64,000 nucleotides of DNA from Malacoraja senta (taxonomy: Eukaryota). The position numbers and the translations under genes are program-made. The stretch lies in the NCBI GenBank assembly GCA_038087875.1, contig CM075987.1, forward strand, positions 24,368,001 to 24,432,000, written 5' to 3'. Shown here one piece after another: positions 27,191 to 39,985 of the stretch; position 1 is the stretch's first letter; each line of letters opens with the position of its first letter. The notes under the pieces are model-generated. The model was not told the DNA's origin and did no database searches. It was given only the letters and a program-made list of their open reading frames with translations.

Positions 27191-27924
27191 GTTATTCACA
27201 GCTCAGACTGAGAATTGCAACCTCTCGCTCCCCCCATTTTGCAGAGAACTGAGGCACCTCCACACTTCTGGGTTTTATAGTCCCTCTGGAAGGGGTGTGG
27301 CCTTCAGGAGAGAGAATCTCAACATTTTTAAAACACTAATAACTCTTTTATTTTTCATCGATGGGAAAAATCCTCTTATCCTGCACAGCGGAGGGGGGCT
27401 CTGAGTAAGATGGCCAAAAATCACAGCCGTAAGTGGCAGCGTTTTTTCTAAAACCAATATACAGTGCAACAGGAAGTGGGCAAGATGAGACTTTTAGTAA
27501 TATAGATACACACACCTACATACACACCAGCTTAGAACTGCTATATTTGATTATTTTCTGTTGTGCTGTTGGCAACATGTCGCCACGGACATCCTTTGAA
27601 TCCTGGTCCCAGATGCTTGACTTCAGTTGATAAGATATTATTAGCTGACGCTCTCAATAAATAGCAGAGCAGGATGTTTTTTCGTTATTAAACATGCAAG
27701 GACGAGTCTCGTTGAGCAGAGGCTGTTGTCAGTGCTCTGTTTTAGCAACTTTTATTACTTTTCTAATTGTACTATCAGCAGTTTTGAACTTCAGAGATTT
27801 TACAGCTAAAGTAGACAGTAATTTTGCTAACTGGAACTGATGATTTTCTCATGGTTAATGGTAAGGTTGAAACGGGTGCTTAAAATTAGAATTCAAAGTG
27901 ATTAAACCAAGGACTGGCACATTT

Positions 27925-28228
27925 TAGTTTAATTTAGTTTAGAGATACAGGCCCTTCGGCCCACCGAGTCCGCACCGACCAGCAATCCCCACACATTAAC
28001 ACTCTCTTACACACACCAGGGACAATTTTACATTTATACCAAGCCAATTAACCTACAAACCTGTACGTCTTTGGAGTGTGGGAGGAAACTGAAGATCTCG
28101 GAGAAAACCCACGCAGGTCACGGGGAGAACGTACAAACTCCGTACAGACAGCACCCGTAGTCAGGATAGAACCCGGGTCTCTGGTGCTGCAAGGCAGCAG
28201 CTCTACCGCTGCGCCACCATGTCGCCCT
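27925..28228 (-). mobile_element. tRNA-derived SINE (HE1/V-SINE-like), near full length
   Basis: A box TGGCGCAGCGG, B-box-like GGTTCTATCC, conserved core and tail. Confidence 0.9.
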
Positions 28229-29034
28229 CAATGAATAATCCAATAAATAAATTCACAAAACAAACCTGCAGTAAATGCCTGTTTCAGCTGGTAGTTGTAT
28301 TTTTCATGGTGCCAGGGGCAAATTTGTGCAGCTTTGTACAGAACTGCCAAGATTATCAAGGCAGGGTTCCAGAGACCAACAGATGGTGCATCTTTTAGAC
28401 TCACATGTTAAACAGAAAGAATAGTGAAGCATGACAGAATCACACATAGTTAGTTATCCCTTGTTAATGGAGCACTTTAGTGCAATGCATTCATCACAAT
28501 ATTTAATTACAGAGTCGCTTACAATCACACTGAGAACTGACCGATTTGGGATTTTTTGTGAATGGGTTGGACAGCAGAGATTGTTTCTTGTCCTGGACCT
28601 CTGACACACAATCCTCTGAACAAAAGGAAATGTTTAGTATCTGTCCGAGAAGGAGAGACTTTGAAATACTGTGCAGGTGCAGAGGAGCTGCAAGGGCAAA
28701 CAGATCAAATAAACAATTGTTTGTGTGATGGTCTGGGCTGCGAAACATAGAAAATGGGAGCAGGAGCATTTGGCCCTTCAAGCCAGCACCATCATTCAAT
28801 ATGATCATGGCTGATCATCCACAATCAGTACCCCGTTCCAGCTTTCTTCCCATATCCCTTGATTCCGTTAGCCCTAAGAGCCATATTTAACTTTTAGAGA
28901 GATATAGAACAAATGAATGAAAGATACACATAAAAGGAATTATGATAAAGGAAACAGGCCATTGTTAGCTGTTTGTTCGGTGAGATCAGACAATGACACT
29001 CAACAAGACGACTTTGAAACAATTGAGTCGAGGG

Positions 29035-29497
29035 TAACGCAGCGAATTGTGACCATCACACAAACCAACCTCCCTTCCATTGACTACATTTATACCTCAC
29101 GTTGCCTCGGCAAGGCCAGCAGCATAATCAAGGACGAGTCACACCCTGGCCACTCCCTCTTCTCCCCTCTCCCATTGGACAAAAGTGTGAAAACGCACTC
29201 CTCCAGATTCAGGGACAGTTTCTTCCCAGCTGTTATCAGGCAACTGAATCATCCTACCACAACCAGAGAGCAGTGCTGAACTACTATCTACCTCACTGGT
29301 GACCCTCGGATTATCTTTGATCGGACTTTGCTGTCTTTACCTTGCAGTAAACGTTATTCCCTTATCTATCTATACACTGCAAATGGCTTGATTGTAATCA
29401 AGTATTGTCTTTCCACTGACTGGATAGCATGCACTAATAAAAGCTTTTCACTGTACCTCGGTACATGTGACAATAGACGAGACTAAACCAAACTAAA
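29035..29497 (+). mobile_element. Rex1/Babar-like LINE 3' end
   Basis: LPSIDYIYTSRCLGKASSIIKDESHPGHSLFSPLP...RFRDSFFPAVIRQLN; 3'UTR ending cactgtacctcggtacatgtgacaata. Confidence 0.8.
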
Positions 29498-31397
29498 GCA
29501 AGTCCAGAATGGAAATAGCCTTTCAAGATTCCCTTTCTTGGGAATTTACAAGAGTCTTGCTTATCAACCACGGAATTAGTTTCCAACCATTTTAATGAAC
29601 ATGAATAGAATAACGGGCTATGATTCTATAATTCCTCAATCCACTCCCTTATGGGTATTAGACACAAAATGCCGGAGTAACTCAGCGGGGCAGGCAGCAT
29701 CCCTGGAGCAAAGGAATGGGTGACGTTTTGGGTCAAGCCCCTTCTTCAGATTGAAGAAGGGTCTCCACCCAAAACAAATTCACTATATCTAATGTAAAGT
29801 TGAAGTATGCATAGAAAGAGGTCCTGGGGACAATTCCGAGTGCCTTGTTGCAGGGAAGGGAATAATGGTTCCCAACCTTGGTGCCTATTAGCTGCCAATG
29901 AGCTGGGAGAAGATGTTGAGAAGGTCAACTTGAGGCTCACCCACGAGTCCTGCTTTATGTTAGAATATGAATTAAGGCGACTTTGCCGTACTGGAAAAGG
30001 AGTCATAGTCATAAGAGCACGGAAACAGGCCCCATTTCACGTTGTCCACGGCAACCAAGATGCCCCATCTAAGCTAGTCCCATTTGCCTGCATATCCCTC
30101 TGGCTCAGATCTCTCACATTTGGCTCGTATCCCTTGAAAACTTTCATATCCATGTACCTGTCCAAGTTCCTTTTAAATGCTGTCCTAGAACCTGCCTCAA
30201 CTACCTGCTCAGGTAGCTTGTTCTCTGTACACCGCCCTCTGGGTGAAAAAGATGCCCCTCGAGGTCTCATTACACCTCTCTTCTCTCACTTTAAAATGTC
30301 CGCTGGCTTTTGATTCCCCAACCCAGGGTGCAAGACTGTGTGCATTCACCCTGAGGAGATAAGCAATAAATGGAGGGATATAGATCATGTGCAGGCAGAA
30401 GAGATTAATTTAGTTTAGTTCAGAGATACAGCGCGGAAACAGGCCCTTCGGCCCACCGAGTCCGCGCCGACCAGCGATCGCCGCACATTAACACTACCCT
30501 ACACACACTAGGAATAATTTTACATTTATATCAAGCCAATTAACCTACAAACCTCTACGTCTTTGGAGTTTGGGAGGAAACTGAAGATCTCAGAGAAAAT
30601 CCACGCGGTCACTGGGAGAACGTACAAACTCCGTACAGACAGTACCCGACATATACTCTTGCTATCATGTTTGGCATGGACATTTTGGGCTGAAGGGCCC
30701 GTTCCTGTGCTGTATCTTCTGAGTCCTATGTTCCAAGTTCTTTTCAAATGCCCTTTACTCTTTTATTTCGGTCACTTCTTATGTGAGCAAATTGCATTTC
30801 TGGTCCCAATTCTTTCCTTCTTTTCCACCAGATACCATCTGATGTCACGGTGCAAATACACTGAAGATGCAAATCCTCCAAGGACTCACCAGAGCTGTAA
30901 TTCTTTATGGATGAACCTTGCAAGATAATGGGTTTGGCAGCCAATGCAAGACTGAGGACCACTAGCAATGAAACTGGTCCTGTCCTCTCTTGATCCAATG
31001 TCCTTTCCACAAAAGAACATTCAGATCTAACGAGGTTACAAAGAATTAGAAGGTCTGTTGACTTTGGCACCAAGTAAGATATGACTTCCACGAGATATGA
31101 ATCTGGAACCCCAAAATGGGTTGCTGGGGTCCAAGCAAGATACAAAATCATAAATTCAGAAGGAAAATGGTCAACTTGTCGACTGCAAATAATAAACCAT
31201 AATCCAATCCCTTGTGGCAATGTTCCTGATCAGTTCGGAAAATATGACGGATAATGTGGTGGAATAATTGCTGCAATTTTAATGAGACACTGGAACCTCA
31301 CAGACGTGGAACCTTGTTAACACACGCCATTGTTTCCCCCTTTCCGACCGAAGGCTCTGAACATGACCAATTGCGGTCTATGTAAACATTCCCAAAT

Positions 31398-31718
31398 GGG
31401 CGGCACGGAGGTGCAGAGGTAGAGTCGCTGCCTTGCAGCGCCAGTGACCAGGGTTCGATCCTGACTACGGGTGCTGTCTGCACGGAGTTTCTACGTTCTC
31501 CCCGTGACCACGTGTGTTTTTCTCCGGGTGCTCCGGTTTCCCTCCCACACTCCAAAGGCGAACAGGTTTGCAGGCCAATTGGCTTCGGTAAAATTGTGAA
31601 TTGTCCCTGGTGTGTGTAGGATAGTGCTGGTGCGTGGGGATCGCTGGTCGGCGCGGACTCAGTGGGCCGAAGGGCCTGTTTCCGCTCTGTATCTCCAAAA
31701 CAAAAAACTAAAACTAAA
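31398..31718 (+). mobile_element. tRNA-derived SINE (HE1/V-SINE-like), full length
   Basis: gggcggcacgg head, GGTTCGATCC B box, core, and CR1-shared 3' end gggccgaagggcctgtttcc. Confidence 0.9.
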
Positions 31719-32455
31719 ATGTTAAAAACATTCATATGAGTGTCTGTGTTGGTAATCTTGGCTAAAGGTAAAATAATGAATCTTGTAAAACTATATGATA
31801 AAGTTGTTTGTTCAGCATTAAAATATTGTAGAATATTGATTCACAATATGATAATTCTGTATATTCTGATCCTTTGACATTTCCCATTTGGAATGGCTTC
31901 AATATTTATTTCATGAAGTGTGGATGGATGGTGTTTACATTTCAATGTATTGTCAAATATTTCACCTTGTTGGTCTATCAGACTGCAGAAAAAAATTCAA
32001 AATATTTGTTTCGATGAGTGCTGAGCCTTGTTTTATTAACCTTTATTCTGTTTTGCTTGAGATTCCAGCTTTTTACGTCTCCCAAGATCTTTGATGCTTT
32101 TGATTCCAAGGAAACAATATTTTTTATTCCAAGTCAACATTGATGGGGCATATGAAGACACAAGGAACTGCGGATGCTGGTTTATAAAGAAAGGCACAAA
32201 GTGCTTGCATAACTCAGCAGGTTAGGCTGCGTCTCTGCACAACATAGATAGGTGATGTTTCAGGTCAGCATCCTTCTTCAGACTGATTTTAGCCTGGAAG
32301 AAAGCTGGATGGGTCCCACCTTAGATCTCATAAGGTTGTAAGAAATAGAATTAGGCCATTCGGCTCATCAAGTCTACTCCGCCATTCAATCGTGGCCGAT
32401 CTATCTCGCCCTCCTAACCCCATTCTCATGCCTTCTCCCCATAACCCCTGACACC

Positions 32456-32690
32456 TGCGAGTTGGGGGCTATGCGTCAGTGGATAGGGCGGTTATGGGGT
32501 AAAAGGAGCAAATTAATAATATTAATATAATATCAAGGGGGGTAGATAGTGTGTGTGCGGGGGGGGGGGGTAGTTAGCGTGTGTGCGGGGGGGGGGGGTA
32601 GTTAGTGTGTGTGACGCAGCATGCCGCCCCCCCCCTACCCCGCAACCACAATTTGGGGGAACAGACCCAACGGGTCTACACTTGGTCTAG
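32456..32690 (+). mobile_element. Helitron-like 3' terminus inserted in a CR1 3'UTR remnant
   Basis: Hairpin AGACCC-aac-GGGTCT (32663-32677), 9-nt spacer, then CTAG|T (32687-32691). Confidence 0.6.
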
Positions 32691-34297
32691 TCTATCTTTA
32701 AAAATTTCCACTGACTTGGCCTCCACAGCCTTCTGTGGCAAATAATTCCAGAGATTCACCACCCTCTGACTAAAGAAACAAAGCTGGAAGGGAAGTGGTT
32801 ACTTTTCCAACTTTCTCCCCATTACTATAATCAGTCGGAAGAAGGGCCCTGACTTGAAACCGCGCCTAAACATGTTCTCCAGAGATGCTGCCTGACACGT
32901 TGAGTTACTTCAGCACCTTGCGCATTTTTATGATGGAGTTGTAGTGGAAGCTGATTACCGGCAAATGTGCGAGAGAGTGAAAAGGGAAGGTTAAAGAAAG
33001 AAGAAAATTAAATTTTCGCAAACAATTTACAACATGATGGGATTAACACATCTGTAATTGATCATTTTCATCACCAGAGGAGTTAATTAGCATTGATGAA
33101 TGCAAATCAAAAGGTTAAATGGAAAGTTGCACTTGTAATGATTGGCCTTGAGTGGTTTAAGATCGGATCTATTGCATTAATACAATAACCATTAAACCAG
33201 ATGCTTTTCAATGATGGCAGATGATGAGGTATCATTAATGGATAACACAACCCAAAGAGCTTAGCAAGTCATAATAACTGTGTTCTGGGGCTTCCTGTCA
33301 AGTTGCTAATTCATGATTAAAATTTGACCTGACAACATTTCTTTTTGCTGGATCGGATAAAATAGCTTATTAATTAGTCACTTCCATGGCCTCGCGCTTC
33401 ATCTGTAAAGAACATGGCTGTTCAACATCAGTTGAGTTATAGACTATTAAAATAAGAGTAAAGCTCCAATAATCCAGCATCAGATTGTTTGGAAATCATG
33501 AGCGTTCAGGAACATTAGTCCAGAATGTGAGTGGTGTGTACGAGTACCACTCGTGAGTACCCGAGAGTATGTGAGGAGGGTGAGTAGGGAACGGGGTTAG
33601 AGTGCATAGGAAGGAACTGCTATTCACCGAAGACAGGCACGAAATGCTGGAGGAACTCAGCGGGTCAGGCAGCATCTCTGGAGAAAAACGAATCGAGACA
33701 CGAATCGTCACCTGTTCCTTTTCTCCGGAGATGCTGCCTGACCCGCTGAGTTACTCCAGCCATTTGTGTCTAATCTTATGGGTTAGAGCGGGGCTGGGGT
33801 TGGGTTCCTGAGTGTGGTCAGAACCAAGACTAGGGTCTGGAGCACCAGGGCACAGGGAGGTGGGTAGGTTTGGAGTCCGAATCTGTAGTACATAGAAAAT
33901 AGGTGAAGTAGGCCATTCGGCCCTTCAATTTGATCATGGGTTGATCATCCAAAATCACTACCCCGTCCCGCTTTTTCCCCATATCCCTTGATTCCGTTAG
34001 ACCTTATGAGCAAAATCTAACTCTCTCTTGAAAACCTCCAGTGAATTGGCCTCCACTGCCTTCTGTGGCAGAGAATTCCACAGATTCACAACTCTCTGGG
34101 TGACATTTTTTTCCCTCATCTCAGTCCTAAATGGCCTACCCCTTATTCTTAAACTGAAGCAATAACAAATAGTCGAGGAAAACTATTAATCCAACACTAA
34201 AAAAAGTTGCTGAGGAATGCAGGGGTGAGTCCAGAAGTAGGAAAAACTGAGATCTTGTGGAAATTAAACTTGGGAATCTGAATATCGCATCAAATCA

Positions 34298-34610
34298 GGT
34301 GGCACGGTGGTGCAGCGGTATAGTTGATGTCTTACAGCGCCAGATACCCAGATTCGATCCCGACTACGGGTGCTGTCTGTACGGAGTTTGTACGTTCTCC
34401 CCGTGACCTGCGTGGGTTTTCTCCGAGATCTTCGGTTTCCTCCCACACTCCAAAGACGTACAGGTTTGTAGGTTAATAGGCTTGGCATGAATGTAAAATT
34501 GTCCCTAGTGTGGACAGGGTGGTGTCAATGTGCAGGTACCACTGGTCAGTGCGGACTCGGTGGGCCCGAAGGGAGCCGACATTAAATGACTATTCTGCTG
34601 TATCTCTAAA
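34298..34610 (+). mobile_element. tRNA-derived SINE (HE1/V-SINE-like)
   Basis: A/B boxes, core and altered 3' end. Confidence 0.85.
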
Positions 34611-35200
34611 AAAATCAAAGCGTGAGTGCACTTGGAGCCGACATTAAATGACTATTCTGTTGCATTTCCAGTCATTCTGTCACACTATACCTTCCAGATC
34701 ATCCAGTTAAACATAGCTTCGCAAGCACAGGAGATGAACAGAACATACAGAGCAAGTCAAGACAAATAAACCAGAATTTTTATTTTAGAGATACAACATG
34801 GAAACAGGCCCTTCGGCCCACTGAGTCGATGCCGACCATCAATCACCCATTTACACTATATCCCACTTTCACATCCACTCCCTGCACACTCGGGGTAATT
34901 TTACAGAGGCCATTTAACCTTCAAACCCACGTGCCTTTGTGATGTGGGAGAAAACCGGAGAACTGGGTGGAGAGCTCATACAGTCACAGGGAGAATATGC
35001 AAACTCCACACAGACAGCGGCCGAGGTCAGGATAGTACCGGGTCCCTGCCTCCGTGAGGCAGCAGCTCTATCATAGAAAATAGGTAGATAATAGGTGCAG
35101 GAGTAGGCCATTCGGCCCTATCAGCTGAGCCACCGTGCTGCGGCCTTTGGGTAACCTGAGGGATGTTAGCTGAAAGGGTTGACTGGAAAAAAAAAACAGT

Positions 35201-35382
35201 GGTAGACAAAAATGCTGGAGAAACTTAGCGGGTGCAGCAGCATCTATGGAGCGAAGGAAATAGGCAACGTTTCGGCCCGAAACGTTGCCTATTTCCTTCG
35301 CTCCATAGATGCTGCAGCACCCGCTGAGTTTCTCCAGCATTTTTGTCTACCTTCGATTTTCCAGCATCTGCAGTTCCTTCTT
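35201..35382. mobile_element. Palindromic Penelope-like terminal-repeat pair
   Basis: 35201-35351 is a near-perfect inverted repeat centred on gtttcggcccgaaac. Confidence 0.8.
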
Positions 35383-36090
35383 AAAAAAAAAAGCAGTGGA
35401 TTAGTCTTGTGAAGCGAAGTTCTGCAGCACATGGAGCGGATTTGGAATAGAAAGTGGAAATATTACTGAGGTGGAACCAGGCATCATTAGTGATGACAGG
35501 ATATGATCAGCGAGTGTTTTGCTTGAATGTACGATGCTCGACCATTGGACTGGTAATCAGGTTGAGTAATACTGATGATACCATGTGTGACCTTATCTCT
35601 CGTGACAACCTTCTGTGGAAATAATGCAATGAATCCTGTTTTCAGGAGCAACCTGCCATTATTATAGTAATTGGCGGTGAGGTTGCATTGTGGCAGCCAA
35701 AACATGTAGTTGCAATCGGACAGCCAGTGTCGAGAGTATCTCTCTTCAAAGAGCTTGTTTTACAAGCTTTCTCAGCTTCATTCACTGGAGTTTTGCCCTA
35801 TCCTCAGGGGAAGGAGAGGGAACAAATAAAGTACAAAGAACTGGGACAGTTGTGCTTCTCAAGAAAGGAAGCGGATCAACTTTAGTTCAGAGATACAGCG
35901 CGGAAACAGGCCCTTCGGCCCACCCAGTCCACGATGACCGGCGATCCCCGCACACCAACACTACCCTACACACACTAGGGACAGATGCTGGTTTACACCA
36001 AATGTAGACACAAAATGCTGGAGTAACTCAACGGGTCAGGCTGGAAGGCTCTCGATCCAAAACGCCACCTATTCCTTTTCTCCAGAGATG

Positions 36091-36578
36091 ACAATAGACA
36101 ATAGACAATAGACAATAGGTGCAGGAAGTAGGCCATTCAGCCCTTCGAGCCAGCACCGCCATTCAATGTGATCATGGCTGATCATCCCCAATTAGTACCC
36201 CGTTCCTGCCTTCTCCCCATATCCCCTGACTGCTGTTTTTAAGAGACCTATCTAGCTCTCTCTTGAAAGCATCCAGAGAACCTGCCTCCACCGCCCTCTG
36301 AGGCAGAGAATTCCACAGACTCACCACTCTCTGTGAGAAAAAGTGTTTCCTCGTCTCCGTTCTAAATGGCTTACTCCTTATTCTTAAAATGTGGCCCCTG
36401 GTTCTGGACTCCCCCAACATCGGGAACATGTTTCCTGCCTCTAGCGTGTCCAAACCCTTAACAATCATATTTGTTTCAATGAGATCTCCTCTCATCCTTC
36501 TAAACTCCGGAGTGTACAAGCCCAGCTGCTCCATTCTCTCAGCATATGACAGTCCCCCACCCCGGGAATTAACCTTGT
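36091..36578 (-). mobile_element. CR1 LINE 3' fragment
   Basis: RRMRGDLIE...FFSQRVVSLWNSLP; (acaatag)n tail. Confidence 0.9.
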
Positions 36579-37347
36579 TCCTCCACTGAGGAACTGCAGA
36601 TGCTTTAACCTTAAGCAAAACGAAGAATGGTCTGAAGAAAGGTCCCGATCCAAAACATCACCGATCCATTCTCTCCAGAGATGCTGCCTGACCTGCTGAG
36701 TTACTCCAGCGTCTTAGCTTTTGCTTACGACTGAGGAAGATGTTTGCCGCCCCTCATTTACAATATATTCAGTTCGATGGGGCAGGAGGACAAAAAAGAG
36801 TTAAGGGGAAAAGCAGAGACACTTTGCAATATTTTGCTGCTGTACAAGCAATCCACAACACGTACAAAACTTCCAGGCAGGCAAGTTTCCAAACAGCTGC
36901 CCCAAGTCTGGCCCAGCCTCACAATGACTGAAACACCTTGACCAGAGACTCTTCATTAGCTTCTTGCCACCCTTCCCTGCAGCTACGTAAACTTCTGAAG
37001 CAATAAAAAGGGAAATGGAACTCAGGTAAATTCCTCCCGCATCTCCCCAGGCGCTGCAAATCAGTATGGTTCAGAACTCATCTTTTTTTTTCCCTTCTTT
37101 TTATTCAAGTAATACCGTGGGAGATGTGCAAAACAATATTGACAGAAAATGTTGCGTCTTCATTTTAAAACCAATTAAGAAAGTTAATAGTTTGCAGTTT
37201 GGATCAACGACTACTGAAATCAACCCGAGCAATTATGTTACCTTATTAACTGGCTCGTTATGGATTGTGCCAAATGCAAGAAAGGCTCGGGCTACTGCAA
37301 GTTATTCAAGTCTTGGGAACAATGTCCATTAACCTGCCCATTCTTTA

Positions 37348-37910
37348 AGGGCCTGTCCCACTTGGGCGGCCTGATCCGCGAGTTCTGGCGAGTTTGTCCC
37401 TCGACTCATACTCGCAGCATGGTTGACACGAGGTCGTAGGAGGTCTTCGTAACTCTCCTTCATGCTCGAGAGTGGTCTCCGCGTACTCGAGGCCTCAGCT
37501 AGGCCGTGGCGTTTTTTTCAACATGTTGAAAAGTGCCCGCGAGGAAAAAAAGGTCGCCATGGAAAAAATCGATACTTTTTTTACTTGCAGGTTTAGTCGT
37601 AGTAGGTCATAATAGGTCGGCATGTTAGTCGTAGGTAATCGAGGGTAGTCAAAGGTAGTCGAAGGTAGTCGTAGATAGTCTTCATCATAGTCGAAGGGAG
37701 GTTGAAGGAGATCGAAGGAGGTCATCTTCACTCTCCAGCATTCGGTGTCCAATTTTCCCGAAGTTAGTCGTAGCTAGTCGAAGCTGGTCTTCAACATTGT
37801 CGAAGGAGGTCGAAGGAGATCTTCTACATAGTTGAAGGAGGTCTTCAACATGTCATTTTTAAAAACTCTTCTAAACTCACCAATTAGGTCGCCCAAGTGG
37901 GACAGCCCCT
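37348..37910. mobile_element. Harbinger-type MITE
   Basis: TIR AGGG(C/G)CTGTCCCACTTGGGCG; TSD TTA at 37345-37347 and 37911-37913. Confidence 0.88.
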
Positions 37911-38806
37911 TTAGACTTTAGAGATGCAGCGCGAAAACAGGCTCTTCTGTCCACTAAGTCCGCACCAACCAGCGATCACCCTGTGCACTAACACTATCCT
38001 ACACACCTGGAACAATTTACAATTTTATCAAAGCCAATTAACCAACAATCCTTCACGTCTTTAGAGTGTGGGAGGAAACTGGAGAGCCCAGAGAAAACAT
38101 ACACAGTCACAGGGACAAGGTACAAACTCCGTACAGACGGCACCCGTAGTCAGGATTGATCCCGGGTCACTGGTGTGAAAAGGCAGCAACTCTACTGCTG
38201 CACAACTATGCCAACCTCCGTGTCTCTGGTTATCAGTGTCATTTAACAACTGCTTTGAGGATGGTCGAAGATCAAATGTCAAAACGTAGAATAATATTAC
38301 AATCAGATTTTGCCTTTTGGTGCAGGACAAAAAGGACACATATTAAGAAAATATTATCATGGCCCAAACAGTCTGAAGAAGGGACTCGACCAGAAACGTC
38401 ATCCATTCCTTCTCTGCAGAGATGCTGCCTGTCCCGCTGAGTCACTCCAGCATTTTGTGTCTATCTCCGGTTTAAACCAGCACCTGCTGTTCATTCTTGC
38501 ACAGTCTACAGTGATGATTAGAGTCATAGATTCCTGCAGCACAGAATCAGGCCCTTCAGCCCAACTTGTCCTGTCCCTCTAAACCTTTCCTATCCATGTA
38601 TCTGTCCAAGTGTCTTTTAAATGCTGTTATTGTATCTGCCTCCCACCATCTCCTCTGGCAGCTCGTTCCATATATCCACCACCCTTTGAGTGAAAAAGTT
38701 GCCCTTTTAAATCTTGCTCCTCTCACCTTAAACCTATATCCTCTGGTAATAAAAAGGAAGTGCAGATGCTAGTCTACACCAAAGATAGACACAAAGTGCT
38801 GAGTTA

Positions 38807-39369
38807 AGGGCCTGTCCCACTTGGATGACCTCATCCACGAGTTTACAAGACCCTAGACGAGTTCAAAAAAATGTCAAGGTCGTGTTGACTTGCCAAAGTA
38901 AAAGACCTCCTACGACTACGTCTACGACCTCCTACGACCCCCCTCGACCTAAGTCTTCCACACTTAAGACCAACTACGACTAGCTACGAGTGGAAAATGA
39001 TCGCATGATAAAATGATGCCATCTTTGCTTTTTTTTCTCAGGCCAGTTACCGACCTACGACAACCTACGACTTACCCACGACTACCTACGACTACCATCA
39101 CGACCTACTACGACAATCTACGACTACCTACGAGTAAAAAGTATCAATTTTTACCATGCCGAACTTTTTGTTACTCGTGGACATTTTTTTATCAGGCTGG
39201 AAAAAACGCCGTGACCTACTTGAGGCCACGGGTACGCGGAGACCACTCACGAGCTTGAGGAAGAGTTACGAAGACCTCATACGACCTCCTGGCGACCATG
39301 CTGCGAGTATGATTCAAGGGCAAACTCGGCAGAGGTCGCCAATTAGGTCGTGAAAGTGGGACAGGGGCT
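38807..39369. mobile_element. Harbinger-type MITE (copy A), inserted in a Penelope terminal repeat
   Basis: AGGGCCTGTCCCACTT ... AAGTGGGACAGGGGCT; (cgac)-rich interior. Confidence 0.88.
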
Positions 39370-39562
39370 TAACTCAGCGGGTCAGGCTGCATCTCTGGAA
39401 AAAACAGACAGGTGACGTTTCAGGTCTGAAGAAGGATCCCGAACCGAAACGTCACCTATCCATTTTCTCCAGAGAAGCTGCTTAACGCAGTGAATTAGTT
39501 CAACATTTTGAGTTAATCTATGGTTCTTGATTTCCTGTACCTTGGGTCAAAGATACTGTGTA

Positions 39563-39985
39563 TAGAAACATAGAAACATAGAAAATAGGTGCAGGAGTAG
39601 GCCATTCGGCCCTTCGAGCCTGCACCGCCATTCAATATGATCATGGCTGATCATCCAACTCAGTATCCCGTACCTGCCTTCTCTCCATACCCCCTGATCC
39701 CTTTAGCCACAAGGGCCACATCTAACTCCCTCTTAAATATAGCCAATGAACTGGCGTCAACTACCCTCTGTGGCAGAGAGTTCCAGAGATTCACCACTCT
39801 CTGTGTGAAAAAGTTTTTCCTCATCTCGGTCTTAAAGGATTTCCCCCTTATCGTTAAGCTGTGACCCCTTGTCCTGGACTTCCCCAACATCGGGAACAAT
39901 CTTCCTGCATCTAGCCTGTCCAACCCCATAAGAATTTTGTACGTTTCTATAAGATCCCCTCTCAATCTCCTAAATTCTAGCGAGT
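39563..39985 (-). mobile_element. CR1 LINE 3' fragment (young subfamily)
   Basis: Near-identical to the 3' part of 2743-3516; (atagaaac)n tail. Confidence 0.95.

Larger units (their letters stand above)
25082..27506 (-). mobile_element. Putative non-autonomous Helitron-like element with duplicated 5' module, split by a CR1
   Basis: Two related modules of about 260-290 bp (25082-25368 and 27245-27506). The minus-strand start is A|TCTATATTACTAAAAG and there are internal minisatellites. No clear 3' hairpin-CTRR was found. Confidence 0.4.

Noticed and set aside
26261..27199. 312-aa reverse transcriptase ORF as a functional gene or novel RT system
   Set aside because: It is a 5'-truncated, frameshifted CR1 ORF2 fragment with the standard 3'UTR and tail.
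30744..31220. 158-aa minus-strand ORF containing KELGP as an alternative astrotactin exon
   Set aside because: Chance match; the true EDELGPR exon is at 49710-49893.
31398..31475. SINE heads as tRNA genes
   Set aside because: A/B boxes run directly into the SINE core; no complete cloverleaf.
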